This document shows positions 30,131 to 39,671 of a stretch of 64,000 nucleotides of DNA, piece by piece (within the stretch, counting starts at the first letter, position 1; each line of letters begins with the position of its first letter). Source of the stretch: an uncultured virus (IMG/VR IMGVR_UViG_3300020325_000015) (taxonomy: Duplodnaviria; Heunggongvirae; Uroviricota; Caudoviricetes); IMG/VR virus record IMGVR_UViG_3300020325_000015; one strand, written 5' to 3'. Both the position numbers and the translations under genes were made by a program. Below the pieces are notes generated by a model. That model did no database searches and was not told where the DNA came from. It saw only the letters and a list, made by a program, of their open reading frames with translations.

Positions 30131-32247
30131 TAGCTTATTCCGTTTACGATCCAACCATTTGTAGCATCTGAATAAAACAGTTCAAATGAAGCTGTTGATT
30201 CATCAAGAACAAGTGATGTAGATCTCATTATTTTTTCTGACCCATTTGGGTTTATTGTCCATACATAAGATGAAGCTACATAATTACCACTTGAATTAAG
30301 TGATGACATGTTTGTAAATCTTATACTATCTCCTGCTGTACCTGCTGGCAAGCTTACTGTTCTGTCTGCAGATATTGCATCTAATATATAATGTTTAAAA
30401 TTATCTACAGTTGTATTTGTAGTTAACGCACCACCATAAGCATAACCTTGTTTAAGAATAACTTGGCCATTTGCTGGTGCTGTAATTTGTAAATTATCAA
30501 AATTTATAGAAGCAACCGGTACATTATTATTACCACCAAAATCATATGTTGCACCATTAGCGGATGCTAATATACTTAGAGGAGCATGTGATACGGCTTT
30601 AGTCGATGTATCATAAAATAAATAATCCGACTTTGTTGCAGTTGGTATAGTGTTTAACTTAACATTTTCTGAATCTATATTAAATGTACTTGTATGTAGA
30701 TTCATTGTACCATAACCCTGCCTACCAAAAGTAATAATATTTGTATCTGTATTATATGCAACAACTAAATATATATTAACAGACTGATCAAGTATTTGAC
30801 CCCCCGCTGATGGAAAAGCTGTTGTATATGTACTTTCTACAAAATATAATTTTTGTCCCGAAGGTATATTAGTATGTATGTTTCCAAAATCTGTTCTATT
30901 ACCACTTACTATTGTTGTAGATGTTGCACCTGTAGAAATTGCTTGTGCAGATGTAAGTGTAGCAGGAGAAGTTGCAGCTTGAAATAAAGCGCCAGCTGCA
31001 TTTTGTGTACCATAGAATAATCTACCTATTGATATATTACCAGTAGGCCCTGCTAATGTTTCTGTAAGACCAGGTATTGCTTCAGCAACTCCTGATGTTA
31101 GTTCAGGTAAACTAAAAAAGTTACCATCTATTTTTATAGATGTGAGTAAACCTTGATTTGATAAACTACCAACTGATACATTACCAGATACTTGTTGTTG
31201 CGCTAGAGCACTACCAGAAGAATCTTGTAATTGAACACCTGTTGATGATAATACAGAACGTGTGCCATCTGTATTAATAGCAGTAAATGAGTTTTGCCCC
31301 ATTATAGTTCTACCATTATTAGCAGTTGTATCTGTATCTTTTATAATGTCTTGTGTAAATCTAGTATCGTTTGATATTACATTTGCGCCGTTACCACCTA
31401 TATTTAAATTAGTACCATCTGTAGTTAAAGTAACATTTGGTGCTGTATCACCAAATTCAATACTTCCTTCAGTATCTTTAATTTTTATAGGTCCGTGTAC
31501 TGTAAGCGATTGAGGATCAGTATCTGGTGTATCTGTACCAATTACAACATCACCTTCAATATTTAATCCTCTTGTAATTTTTAACCCACCTACAATTTGT
31601 GTTTCAACCTGTGTAGCGCCGGTTAAAAATGTAAATTCAGTAAAAGCAACCTGACCGCCTGTATATGTTTGGCCTGTACCGAGGGTAACATTGAAACACC
31701 ATTCTGTATATTTATTGCTCCCAGATGTTACATATTTACTGTCATTTGCAGCTGGGCTAGAACTTGTTAATGTTCCTGGATTAAAAGATGTTACTGTACC
31801 TGTATATGTAACACCTCCTAATACTCCTGAAAATGTAGCTGAGTTATCTGCAAATGCTTGAAAATCATAATCTACACCAAACTGGCCATCGTTATAATCA
31901 CGTATAATTAAAAAAACTTGGCCTGTGCCAAGTGTATTTAAATATATATCAGCACCTGTGTTTACAGTGCTGCTTTTTAAAACAACATTTGTTTGTGTAG
32001 AACCTGCAAGTGTTCTAACCTGTGCTTTTTCAAATGCTGTACCTTCTCTGTTTACAGAAAGAAAGAAACCTAAAGGCACTACATCAGGTATGACAGCCGT
32101 TGTTTGGTCGCCAGTTATATATGCCTTTAGATCATCTATAGTATAATTTTTGGTTGCTAATGCGGAACTAGAATTTGCATCAGTACCCAAAAGCTTATCA
32201 GATCCCTCAATTACGGAATCGATTGTATATGTACTGATTCTTGCCAT
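30130..32247 (-). CDS. long tail fibre protein
   Basis: 705 aa, Thr/Ser/Gly-rich; N-terminal anchor motif DKLLGTD...TKNYTI. Confidence 0.65.
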   Translation of the reverse strand: MARISTYTIDSVIEGSDKLLGTDANSSSALATKNYTIDDLKAYITGDQTTAVIPDVVPLGFFLSVNREGTAFEKAQVRTLAGSTQTNVVLKSSTVNTGADIYLNTLGTGQVFLIIRDYNDGQFGVDYDFQAFADNSATFSGVLGGVTYTGTVTSFNPGTLTSSSPAANDSKYVTSGSNKYTEWCFNVTLGTGQTYTGGQVAFTEFTFLTGATQVETQIVGGLKITRGLNIEGDVVIGTDTPDTDPQSLTVHGPIKIKDTEGSIEFGDTAPNVTLTTDGTNLNIGGNGANVISNDTRFTQDIIKDTDTTANNGRTIMGQNSFTAINTDGTRSVLSSTGVQLQDSSGSALAQQQVSGNVSVGSLSNQGLLTSIKIDGNFFSLPELTSGVAEAIPGLTETLAGPTGNISIGRLFYGTQNAAGALFQAATSPATLTSAQAISTGATSTTIVSGNRTDFGNIHTNIPSGQKLYFVESTYTTAFPSAGGQILDQSVNIYLVVAYNTDTNIITFGRQGYGTMNLHTSTFNIDSENVKLNTIPTATKSDYLFYDTSTKAVSHAPLSILASANGATYDFGGNNNVPVASINFDNLQITAPANGQVILKQGYAYGGALTTNTTVDNFKHYILDAISADRTVSLPAGTAGDSIRFTNMSSLNSSGNYVASSYVWTINPNGSEKIMRSTSLVLDESTASFELFYSDATNGWIVNGIS

Positions 32248-32393
32248 TATTTATTTTTTAGTAAAGTTCCTTTTCTAGCGTCCTTAGTTCTTTTTGTAAT
32301 AGGCTGCATTGCTTTTTTTTCATCACCAGGTTTTGTATTTATATGTACTCCTGGTAAAACGTCATAAAGATGTACTTTTTTTGATTTTTTCAT
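32247..32393 (-). CDS. 48-aa basic protein (MKKSKKVHLYDV...), not in the ORF track
   Basis: open frame filling the gap; stop overlaps the next ATG. Confidence 0.5.
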   Translation of the reverse strand: MKKSKKVHLYDVLPGVHINTKPGDEKKAMQPITKRTKDARKGTLLKNK

Positions 32394-32403
32394 TTTTTTA
32401 TTT

Positions 32404-32760
32404 TTATCCGTTAGTTATAAGTGCAGCAACTACAGCATTAACTTTAATAACGTCACCTGTAGCCCATTTATATTCTTGTTGTAATCCTTCAGGGGCTTTT
32501 AACATAATTATAGGATAATCAACACCCGATTTAGTTATTGTCATTACAGCTGTAACACTATTAGGTCGTACCTTAACATCAAATACTAGTTTAGCTACAT
32601 CTGTTACATATGTGCCGTCAGTGTTTTTATCAGGACCGTTAGTCATAAAATCTCTAAGTACAACACCTGTTATTATATCACCATTGCTTGGATTAGATGC
32701 AGTATAAGTTACCTCTCCTGTTGTAGAGCTTATTGTTGGTGTAACTGTTAATATTGCCAT
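32404..32760 (-). CDS. putative structural protein
   Basis: 118 aa, Thr/Val-rich. Confidence 0.5.
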   Translation of the reverse strand: MAILTVTPTISSTTGEVTYTASNPSNGDIITGVVLRDFMTNGPDKNTDGTYVTDVAKLVFDVKVRPNSVTAVMTITKSGVDYPIIMLKAPEGLQQEYKWATGDVIKVNAVVAALITNG

Positions 32761-32766
32761 TTTGTT

Positions 32767-33213
32767 TTATTTTTTTTTGTTAAAATTTTTTATAGCTTGA
32801 CTATAGACTTTATCTATATATGTTTTTCTTTTTAATATTTTATTTCTTTTAGCAGACTCTGGAATAGTTTCTTCGCCTATAAGCATTTTATATATTCTAT
32901 TTATAAGATACTTACCTTTATAACTTATTTTATATTTATTGTGATCTCCAACGCGTCCTTTCCCAATATGGATTTTATCAATCCAACCGTTTCTTTGAAG
33001 TCTATAAAACCTTTCTTTATCCCAAGAATAGTATATTGTACCGTCTTTAAAATCATTTATAGTAAAATAAGTTATTGGATCTAAATAGAATAATAATTCT
33101 AAATCAGAAATGCTTAGCTCGTTATTTTTACATGCCCAGCGAGATATAAGCCTGTAGTTTTTTAAAAAATCTACTTTAAGCTCGCCTCTTTGAACAAAGT
33201 CTGATCTATCCAT
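32767..33213 (-). CDS. hypothetical protein, possibly winged-helix
   Basis: LSISDLELLFYL...RL..NGWI...YKISYKG pattern. Confidence 0.45.
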   Translation of the reverse strand: MDRSDFVQRGELKVDFLKNYRLISRWACKNNELSISDLELLFYLDPITYFTINDFKDGTIYYSWDKERFYRLQRNGWIDKIHIGKGRVGDHNKYKISYKGKYLINRIYKMLIGEETIPESAKRNKILKRKTYIDKVYSQAIKNFNKKK

Positions 33214-33467
33214 TATAAAACTGCTATTACGTCTCTTAACATAATTACTTTATATATTTGTTTATTATGTTCAACGTCATGGCCTGCAACTTTATCAAAT
33301 AAAATTTTATCATTTTTTTTAATAACATCAGGCCCTGAAGATATAACTATACCTTTTCTATATCTTATATCTTCTCTATGTTTTTCACCTAATTCTAAAC
33401 CGCCCTCGGTTTTTACAATTTTTTCTAATACTTCTTCAAGTATTATATAATTACCTATTGCATTCAT
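33213..33467 (-). CDS. groES: co-chaperonin GroES
   Basis: 84 aa; KTEGGL mobile loop, G.VIS.G, D.ILFD, DVIAVL; coupled to groEL. Confidence 0.85.
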   Translation of the reverse strand: MNAIGNYIILEEVLEKIVKTEGGLELGEKHREDIRYRKGIVISSGPDVIKKNDKILFDKVAGHDVEHNKQIYKVIMLRDVIAVL

Positions 33468-35044
33468 ACTTCTCTAACATTTGATATTACACAATCTGTA
33501 GATAATATTGTTGTTGCAACAGATATTGCATTTTGTAATGCTGTTTTTGTAACAAGCAGTGGATCAATAATTCCTTTATCAATCATATTTTTACGACATC
33601 CACAAGTCACATCTACTCCTTCACCCCACTTTGTTAAATTATAATCTTCGAGGCTTAATCCAGCATTATTAAGTATTTTGGTAAATGGTGCAATAAGAGC
33701 ATCTTGAAGTATATTTACTCCTTTTAATTCACCTTGATTTAATTTATGCTCCCAATCCATTGTAGCAGCATTAGCAAGTGCAGAACCACCTCCTGGCAGT
33801 ATACCTTCTTTTTTAGCAGCTCTAACTGAATGGATTGCATCGTCTACTCTATCTTGCTTTTCTTTTAATTCAACTTCAGTTGCTGCGCCTACCATTATAA
33901 CAGACACACCACCGCTTAGAAGTGCAATTCTATCTGTTAAATGTTTACTCATAACAGCATGATCTTCTTTAGCAAGAGTAGTTTTTAAATACTCAATTCG
34001 ATCTTGTACTTCTTTGCTTTTTTCTGAAACAACAAGTACAGTACCATCTTTATCGGAAACAGCTTTATCGGCTGATCCTAGCATGTCAGGGGTAATCGCA
34101 TCAATCGAATCCCCCAGGCTCTCATCAAAAACAGTAGCCCCGACAAGCAATGCAAGGTCCTCCAGTATATCTTTTCGTTTAAGCCCAAAACTAGGAGGGT
34201 CTATAACATTGACCTTAATATTGCCCTTTGCTTTGTTCATTGCAAGTGCCGTAAGTGGCTGTGATTCCAAAGGTGCAATAAGGAGTATACTTCTATTGGA
34301 CTTAATAGCATACTCCAGGATTTCTTGAATTTTTCTAACATTAGGTATATCAGAAACACTCATGAAGATGAGAGGGTTTTCTAATTCACAAAGCTCTTTT
34401 TCTTTATTAGTATAAAAATGTGGAACTTTGCAGGTACTACCAACTTTAGTACCATTTACATTTTCAATATATGTGTCATTACTCGGTGATGTTTCCATAG
34501 TAACTATACCATTCTCACCTGCTGTTTCAAAAGCATGAGCAATAGTAGTGCCTAAATCAACATCATTATTTGTAGATATAACAGATACATCTTGTAACAT
34601 TTTAAGATCTACAGGTATTGCTTTATCTGTTATATATTGTATAACATCTTTAGCAAATTTATTTATACCCGACTTTATATCTCTAAATGAAAAGTCTTGA
34701 CCTTTTAATTTATAGAATGAATCTATTATTGCTTTTGTTAGTACTATTGAAGTTGTAGTACCGTCACCAGCAATAGATGCGGTTTTTTGTGCTGCTTGTT
34801 TCATCATAGACACAGCGATATTTTCAACCGGATCTTGTAATAATATATTGTTTGCTACTGTTACACCATCTTTGGTAACATGCGGATCTCCATAATCATT
34901 TTCTATAATTACATTTCTACCACTTGCACCAAGTGTTGATCCAACAGCTTCTGCTATTTTATCTATACCTGTTAAAAGCTTTTCTTGTGCACTCTTATCA
35001 AAGTGCATCTTTTTTACTAGCTTTGTTTTACCGAATTGTGACAT
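33464..35044 (-). CDS. groEL: chaperonin GroEL
   Basis: TKDGVTVA, AGDGTTT, EGILPGGG, GIIDP motifs; no GGM tail. Confidence 0.95.
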   Translation of the reverse strand: MSQFGKTKLVKKMHFDKSAQEKLLTGIDKIAEAVGSTLGASGRNVIIENDYGDPHVTKDGVTVANNILLQDPVENIAVSMMKQAAQKTASIAGDGTTTSIVLTKAIIDSFYKLKGQDFSFRDIKSGINKFAKDVIQYITDKAIPVDLKMLQDVSVISTNNDVDLGTTIAHAFETAGENGIVTMETSPSNDTYIENVNGTKVGSTCKVPHFYTNKEKELCELENPLIFMSVSDIPNVRKIQEILEYAIKSNRSILLIAPLESQPLTALAMNKAKGNIKVNVIDPPSFGLKRKDILEDLALLVGATVFDESLGDSIDAITPDMLGSADKAVSDKDGTVLVVSEKSKEVQDRIEYLKTTLAKEDHAVMSKHLTDRIALLSGGVSVIMVGAATEVELKEKQDRVDDAIHSVRAAKKEGILPGGGSALANAATMDWEHKLNQGELKGVNILQDALIAPFTKILNNAGLSLEDYNLTKWGEGVDVTCGCRKNMIDKGIIDPLLVTKTALQNAISVATTILSTDCVISNVREV

Positions 35045-35068
35045 TTAATTTGATTAAATTATATTATT

Positions 35069-35287
35069 TTATTGAAATAGTTTATCTTTTTGTTTTTGTT
35101 TTTTTTCAAATAATGTTTTCTTTTCTCCTATATATATTTTATAGCCAACTTTAAACCTAGTTCTAAACCTAACATCTTCATTTGGTTCAAAATCCATGTT
35201 TTCATTAACATCTATATAAGCTTGGCCCTTAATAGAAGCACAAGAATAACATACAATTAACAATAAGATAGCAATTATTTTTTTCAT
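35069..35287 (-). CDS. putative lipoprotein (start MKKIIAILL)
   Basis: signal peptide ending in the lipobox-like CYSC. Confidence 0.55.
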   Translation of the reverse strand: MKKIIAILLLIVCYSCASIKGQAYIDVNENMDFEPNEDVRFRTRFKVGYKIYIGEKKTLFEKKQKQKDKLFQ

Positions 35288-35294
35288 TTTTTTT

Positions 35295-35606
35295 TTAACA
35301 GTTCCACTTACGTCTAGCAGCTCTACCTCTTTCTGAGGTCCAACCTTTAGAACGTGCACAAAAAGATTTTCTTCTTTTTGCTGCTTTACTGCCTTTCTTC
35401 AATTTAGAAGGAGGTGTGGTAACTGCAGTTTTTAATTTACTGCCGGGATTATCTCTTCTATATTTAGCAACCCCTTTAGCCGTCATACCACCGCCGGCTT
35501 TTTTTCCAGTACCTCCGCCTTTTTTAACTTTAGCATAATAGCCAAGTGATTTTCTTTTTGAAGGAGCAGGTGGCTTACTTCTTCTTTTTCTTTTTAGTAT
35601 TGGCAT
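35295..35606 (-). CDS. Lys/Arg-rich small protein (GGMTAKGVAKYRRDNPGSKL...RRKSFCAR family)
   Basis: likely start MPILKRK at 35606. Confidence 0.65.
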   Translation of the reverse strand: MPILKRKRRSKPPAPSKRKSLGYYAKVKKGGGTGKKAGGGMTAKGVAKYRRDNPGSKLKTAVTTPPSKLKKGSKAAKRRKSFCARSKGWTSERGRAARRKWNC

Positions 35607-35838
35607 TATTTTCTTTTTTAGTTCCTTTACCGTCGTTGCCACGATTATTTTTAATAGATTTAAATTTATTATCTTTATGATCAAAATCTAAACCTTTTAA
35701 ATTACGGCCTGCTTTTTTAGCAGCTCTTCTCTTTTTTTGGTTGTCTGCTCGCTTTTTCTTTCTATCTGAAGAATTAGCATAAGCAAGATCTCTTTTAGCT
35801 TTGGCTGCTCTAGCTTTAAATGATAATTTATAACTCAT
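35575..35838 (-). CDS. Lys/Arg-rich small protein with an HNH-like D.DH...NRG motif
   Basis: GLDFDHKD....SIKNNRG. Confidence 0.55.
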   Translation of the reverse strand: MSYKLSFKARAAKAKRDLAYANSSDRKKKRADNQKKRRAAKKAGRNLKGLDFDHKDNKFKSIKNNRGNDGKGTKKENNANTKKKKKK

Positions 35839-36248
35839 TACTTACCATCTTTACATGAACATCTTCTATCATCATAATCCATTGCCGCTTTAAGAATTAT
35901 CTTATCCATTATATTATCTTGGTTTTCAAGCATTTGCTTTTGCAAATCTATAACCATTTTTTCTAATCTATCTTTTTCACTTACAAGATTATCAATTTGA
36001 CTTTCTTTTTTCTCAAGAGCACTTTTAAGTGAAGTTATATCATCTGGTTTTGTACCAGTGATACTACTTATTATTATAGGTATTGATGCTGCAATAGTAC
36101 CGATTAGCATCATTACAACTTCTTTATTAGAATCCAATACTGGAAACTGTAATAGTGTTATTATAATACCTATTACGAACAGAAATATAAATAAGCTACC
36201 CGCGTACGAGCGAATTTCTTTAGCGACGCCGTTTTTTGGAAGTGACAT
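35838..36248 (-). CDS. 2-TM membrane protein with coiled coil
   Basis: hydrophobic N-terminal half, heptad C-terminal half. Confidence 0.6.
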   Translation of the reverse strand: MSLPKNGVAKEIRSYAGSLFIFLFVIGIIITLLQFPVLDSNKEVVMMLIGTIAASIPIIISSITGTKPDDITSLKSALEKKESQIDNLVSEKDRLEKMVIDLQKQMLENQDNIMDKIILKAAMDYDDRRCSCKDGK

Positions 36249-36516
36249 TTTTTTTAGCTTTAGTTGTTCTTCTTCTTATTTGAGATGTTTTTCTCCCCAT
36301 GCCTACCCTCTTTTTTTCAGCCACTGCTCTTTTCTTTTCAGAAGGTGACATTTCTCCCCAAGTTTTTACTGTCTTGCTGGATATTCTTCTTGAGGGCCTG
36401 CATTTTTTTGTGTTCTTATTCTTACGAGAACCGCAAGGGTTACCTTTTTCGTCAGTCCATTTTTCTTTAAACCAACGCTTAAGATTTAAACCAGCTTTGG
36501 TTTTCCTTACGGCCAT
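36220..36516 (-). CDS. Lys/Arg-rich small protein (LKRWFKEKW...CRPS family)
   Basis: 98 aa coupled ORF. Confidence 0.65.
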   Translation of the reverse strand: MAVRKTKAGLNLKRWFKEKWTDEKGNPCGSRKNKNTKKCRPSRRISSKTVKTWGEMSPSEKKRAVAEKKRVGMGRKTSQIRRRTTKAKKNVTSKKRRR

Positions 36517-36668
36517 TATTTTTTATGTAATTTTTGAACATTAAAAGATGCGTATAACGATGCTCCTTTGTGTGGAACAAATTTACCTGAATGTTTCATG
36601 AGCTTATAACCAGCTCCTTTTTTCATCCAGTGGTAACCAGCAGGTGCTTTAACTCTTTTAGCTGCCAC
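36516..36668 (-). CDS. 50-aa basic protein (MAAKRVKAPAGYHWMK...), not in the ORF track
   Basis: GTG start after the upstream stop; stop overlaps the next ATG. Confidence 0.6.
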   Translation of the reverse strand: MAAKRVKAPAGYHWMKKGAGYKLMKHSGKFVPHKGASLYASFNVQKLHKK

Positions 36669-36671
36669 TGT

Positions 36672-37121
36672 TTAAATTTTACCCATATCTCTTTTCCTCT
36701 TAATATAGTCTCTCATAGAGCCTCTAGTAGCAGAAGGAACAACATCTTTTTTTGGAGGGCCATCACCATTTTTCTTTTCAAAAAGGCTTCCAAGTCCATC
36801 ACTTAATTCATCAGCAGATGCAGTTTCAATTTCACCTTCGTTTATATTAGCTGTTATGTATTTATCAGCACCGGCAGAATCTTCACTAAAGTCCATACCT
36901 TTTACAGTTAGCTTAAGAGGTCCATCTCCTTCTGGATTTCCTTTTTTAGCATCTTCTGGAGCAGCTAATATTTTTTTCTTTAAATGGTCAGGTAAATTTT
37001 TTTGATTTCCCACTAATGCTTTTAGTATAGGTGAGTCCTCAGACATTTTAAGAGGTGTACCGCAAGGTTTGCTTTTTGGATTCATTCCAGCAGCACCTAA
37101 GTTTTGTGGTCCTATTCCCAT
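36672..37121 (-). CDS. low-complexity protein with ALVGNQKNLPDHLKKKILAAP motif
   Basis: 149 aa ORF. Confidence 0.6.
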   Translation of the reverse strand: MGIGPQNLGAAGMNPKSKPCGTPLKMSEDSPILKALVGNQKNLPDHLKKKILAAPEDAKKGNPEGDGPLKLTVKGMDFSEDSAGADKYITANINEGEIETASADELSDGLGSLFEKKNGDGPPKKDVVPSATRGSMRDYIKRKRDMGKI

Positions 37122-37123
37122 AA

Positions 37124-37222
37124 TTATTTTTTTTTACGTTTTCTTTTCTTTTTCTTTTTTGCAGCTTGTTCATTACGACTAGCCCATACGGCTTTACGCT
37201 GTGCTGCGCTTTTAAAAGGCAT
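37124..37222 (-). CDS. 32-aa basic peptide MPFKSAAQRKAVWAS...KKKKKRKRKKK, not in the ORF track
   Basis: ATG overlaps the upstream stop; fills the gap exactly. Confidence 0.6.
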   Translation of the reverse strand: MPFKSAAQRKAVWASRNEQAAKKKKKRKRKKK

Positions 37223-37515
37223 TACTTTTTCTTGCTATGTTTCTTATAAAACTTAGAAGCTTTTGTTAAAGCAGATATACCTTTTTTAAACATTCCTTCA
37301 GCTTCTTTCATATACATGTTACCATCTTTTTTCATCATATTACTATGCTTCTTTAACATATTGCTTCTTGAAGGACCATTCTTTTTAGGAGCTTTTGGCA
37401 CTCTATCTTTTTTAGTTAGGTTTGATAAAAACTTTTTAGCTCCTGCTAAATCTGTACCTTTGTATCCAGCTTTTCTAGCTCTAGATATATTTGTTTTTTC
37501 TTTTAATCCTGGCAT
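37222..37515 (-). CDS. Lys-rich small protein
   Basis: 97 aa ORF. Confidence 0.6.
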   Translation of the reverse strand: MPGLKEKTNISRARKAGYKGTDLAGAKKFLSNLTKKDRVPKAPKKNGPSRSNMLKKHSNMMKKDGNMYMKEAEGMFKKGISALTKASKFYKKHSKKK

Positions 37516-37533
37516 GATTTTTATATTTAATAG

Positions 37534-37773
37534 TTATTTTTTTTGTTTTATAGCTTCAAGCAATCCGCGTTCATATTCTAATTGCTTTTCAATTTCAAGT
37601 ATTCGCGACTCAAGTTTATCTATAACGATAATCTTCTCATCTAATCTTCCGTGTACCAGATGTATTTCATCTTTAACCGATGTAAACTCTGAGAATATTC
37701 CTCCTGCTGTAAACACCGCAGTTACAAACATGATAACTATGGATAGATTATTCTTTATAAATGTATCTGGCAT
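37534..37773 (-). CDS. single-TM coiled-coil protein
   Basis: 79 aa. Confidence 0.6.
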   Translation of the reverse strand: MPDTFIKNNLSIVIMFVTAVFTAGGIFSEFTSVKDEIHLVHGRLDEKIIVIDKLESRILEIEKQLEYERGLLEAIKQKK

Positions 37774-38069
37774 TACTTTTTCTTTTTGTTAGCTTTTCTA
37801 ATTGCTTCTTTACCTTTTTTAAATATAGAAGCAACTTGGGCTTTACCCATAACCCTTGCTCTTTGTTCTCCAACTGTTAATATTTGGATCTTACGAGCAT
37901 AGGGTTTACTAATGCGCTTTACTTTAGCAACAGTAGCTCTTGCATCTGCGGGCGTTTTAAATTTTATACTAACTGTATCCTTTGGATTTTCATCAGTATA
38001 AAGACGCCGGCCAGATCCTTTAGGTTTTTTACCCGTACCCACTTTGGGGTCTTTCTTCTTCCGAGGCAT
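37773..38069 (-). CDS. Lys/Arg-rich small protein (GTGKKPKGSGRRLYTDENPKDTV family)
   Basis: 98 aa coupled ORF. Confidence 0.65.
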   Translation of the reverse strand: MPRKKKDPKVGTGKKPKGSGRRLYTDENPKDTVSIKFKTPADARATVAKVKRISKPYARKIQILTVGEQRARVMGKAQVASIFKKGKEAIRKANKKKK

Positions 38070-38257
38070 TATCCTATGTTACCGCCTCTTTTACGGCACT
38101 TAGCTATATATCCCGATGCGTATGCTGATGGGAATACGTCAAATTTAGCTTTTGCTTTTCTATAGCAAGCATCTTTCTTGCCTTTACTCTTTTTGGCAAA
38201 CGGGGATAAAGAGTTATTCCTTATCCCTGAATGCTTACTTATAAAAGTTCCGCTCAT
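38069..38257 (-). CDS. basic small protein (KDACYRK...PSAYASG...CRK family)
   Basis: 62 aa coupled ORF. Confidence 0.65.
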   Translation of the reverse strand: MSGTFISKHSGIRNNSLSPFAKKSKGKKDACYRKAKAKFDVFPSAYASGYIAKCRKRGGNIG

Positions 38258-38559
38258 TATTTAAATGTTTTTACCACTTTTGGCCCTTCTAGAGCTTTTA
38301 GTTTGTTTTTATAATGTTCAATAGAAGAATCGATGGCTCTTTCTGCACCCTCAACTGTTTCTCTTCGGGTCACATCTTCCCATTTATCTTCTTTGTCTGT
38401 ACTCTGGCACTCGGTTTGATAAAAGCCATTTGGCAATTCGACGATACGCCAGTTACTTTTCTTTACGATGCGTTTCCACATTGCAATAGTTTCTTCTGGT
38501 ATTTGTGGCTGCATTTGCATACCGGTGTTCCAGGTCTGATACTTATAATATAGTGTCAT
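38257..38559 (-). CDS. hypothetical protein, first gene of the leftward operon
   Basis: 100 aa; WRIVELPNGFYQTE motif. Confidence 0.65.
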   Translation of the reverse strand: MTLYYKYQTWNTGMQMQPQIPEETIAMWKRIVKKSNWRIVELPNGFYQTECQSTDKEDKWEDVTRRETVEGAERAIDSSIEHYKNKLKALEGPKVVKTFK

Positions 38560-39211
38560 AATAATAGGTTTTAATTGGTTAAAAGGTTGCCCCTCTTTAT
38601 ATTTTACCCCGGGGCCGATTGGTATATATTGGTTATATTACAAAAATAGAGTGTTTGACTTATACGTATGTATATGATAATCAAGTACTTAGGAAAATGT
38701 ATTTATAAAACACCCCATATATTGCAATATTTTGTACATTTTACTGCATTTTATTCAATAAATGTATAATTTTGTCAATAATATGTCAATTCTATGTTAT
38801 TCATTGTCAACACTTTACATTATATTATAATATTATTGCTAATATTTCAATATTTTACTATTATTTATACATTTTTTGTCACATTATTGTTAATTTCAAC
38901 TTATTACTACATTATTAACAATTATATATTAATAAAATATAGTATTTACTTTTATATTATATTATTTTCAATGTTTTTAAATATAATTAATAATATAATA
39001 ATTTATTTATAAGTTTTTCAATAATATATTAATACATTATTATTATAGTACAATTTATTGAAAATGTGACAATTTATATATTTATATTATAATATACGTT
39101 ACATTTAATATATATTTTAGATATTATAATAAATTAAAAAAATAAATATTAAAATAAATATTTAAAATAAAATAAAAAATAAAATATAAAATTTAAATAA
39201 AAAATAATAAT
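38560..39211. other. AT-rich divergent intergenic region, candidate origin and/or genome-end region
   Basis: strand switch point, very low GC, TGTCA repeats, inverted repeat 38876-38885/39063-39072. Confidence 0.55.
39095..39128 (+). promoter_or_regulatory. bipartite promoter-like motif, copy 1 (TACGTTAC-N17-GATATTATA)
   Basis: one of six copies with an identical 17-bp spacer. Confidence 0.7.
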
Positions 39212-39418
39212 ATGCAAAAATTATATACTAAACATTATACTACTAAAATATTAAATACTAAAAAATTAAAAATAAATAATAAAAAATATATAGGTTTTAA
39301 AATAAATGATTTATTTAAAATTAAAAATTATATAAAAGATAATAATATAGTAGAATTTAATTATAAAGGTTTAAGTTTTATAAATATAAAAAATATAAAT
39401 AAAAATATATTATATTAA
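39212..39418 (+). CDS. early hypothetical protein
   Basis: 68 aa; FNYKGLSFI motif shared with 45875..46033. Confidence 0.55.
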   Translation: MQKLYTKHYTTKILNTKKLKINNKKYIGFKINDLFKIKNYIKDNNIVEFNYKGLSFINIKNINKNILY

Positions 39419-39625
39419 TAAATAAAAATAAAATATAAAAAATGGAAAATATATTAATAAAAGAAATTAAGTTATTAAAAAATAATAATAATTATAAAAG
39501 TAAAAATTTTAAATTAATTGAAAATTTAAGTTTTAAAGATTTTAATTTAGAATTTAAAAATTATAAAAATGTAAAATCTTTTTATAAAGATTATTTAAAA
39601 TTAACTTTAAAATATAATTAAAAAA

Positions 39626-39659
39626 TACGTTACTAATTTAATAATTAAAAGATAATATA
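39626..39659 (+). promoter_or_regulatory. promoter-like motif, copy 2
   Basis: TACGTTAC-N17-GATAATATA, 12 bp upstream of ATG 39672. Confidence 0.75.
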
Positions 39660-39671
39660 ATAAATAAAAAA

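Noticed and set aside
20381..32247. Diversity-generating retroelement or invertase shufflon acting on fibres
   Set aside because: No reverse transcriptase, recombinase, near-identical template repeat or inverted cassettes; paralogues are diverged at DNA level.
38794..39012. 72-aa hydrophobic ORF in the AT-rich region
   Set aside because: I/Y/F/L low complexity expected from AT-rich non-coding DNA.
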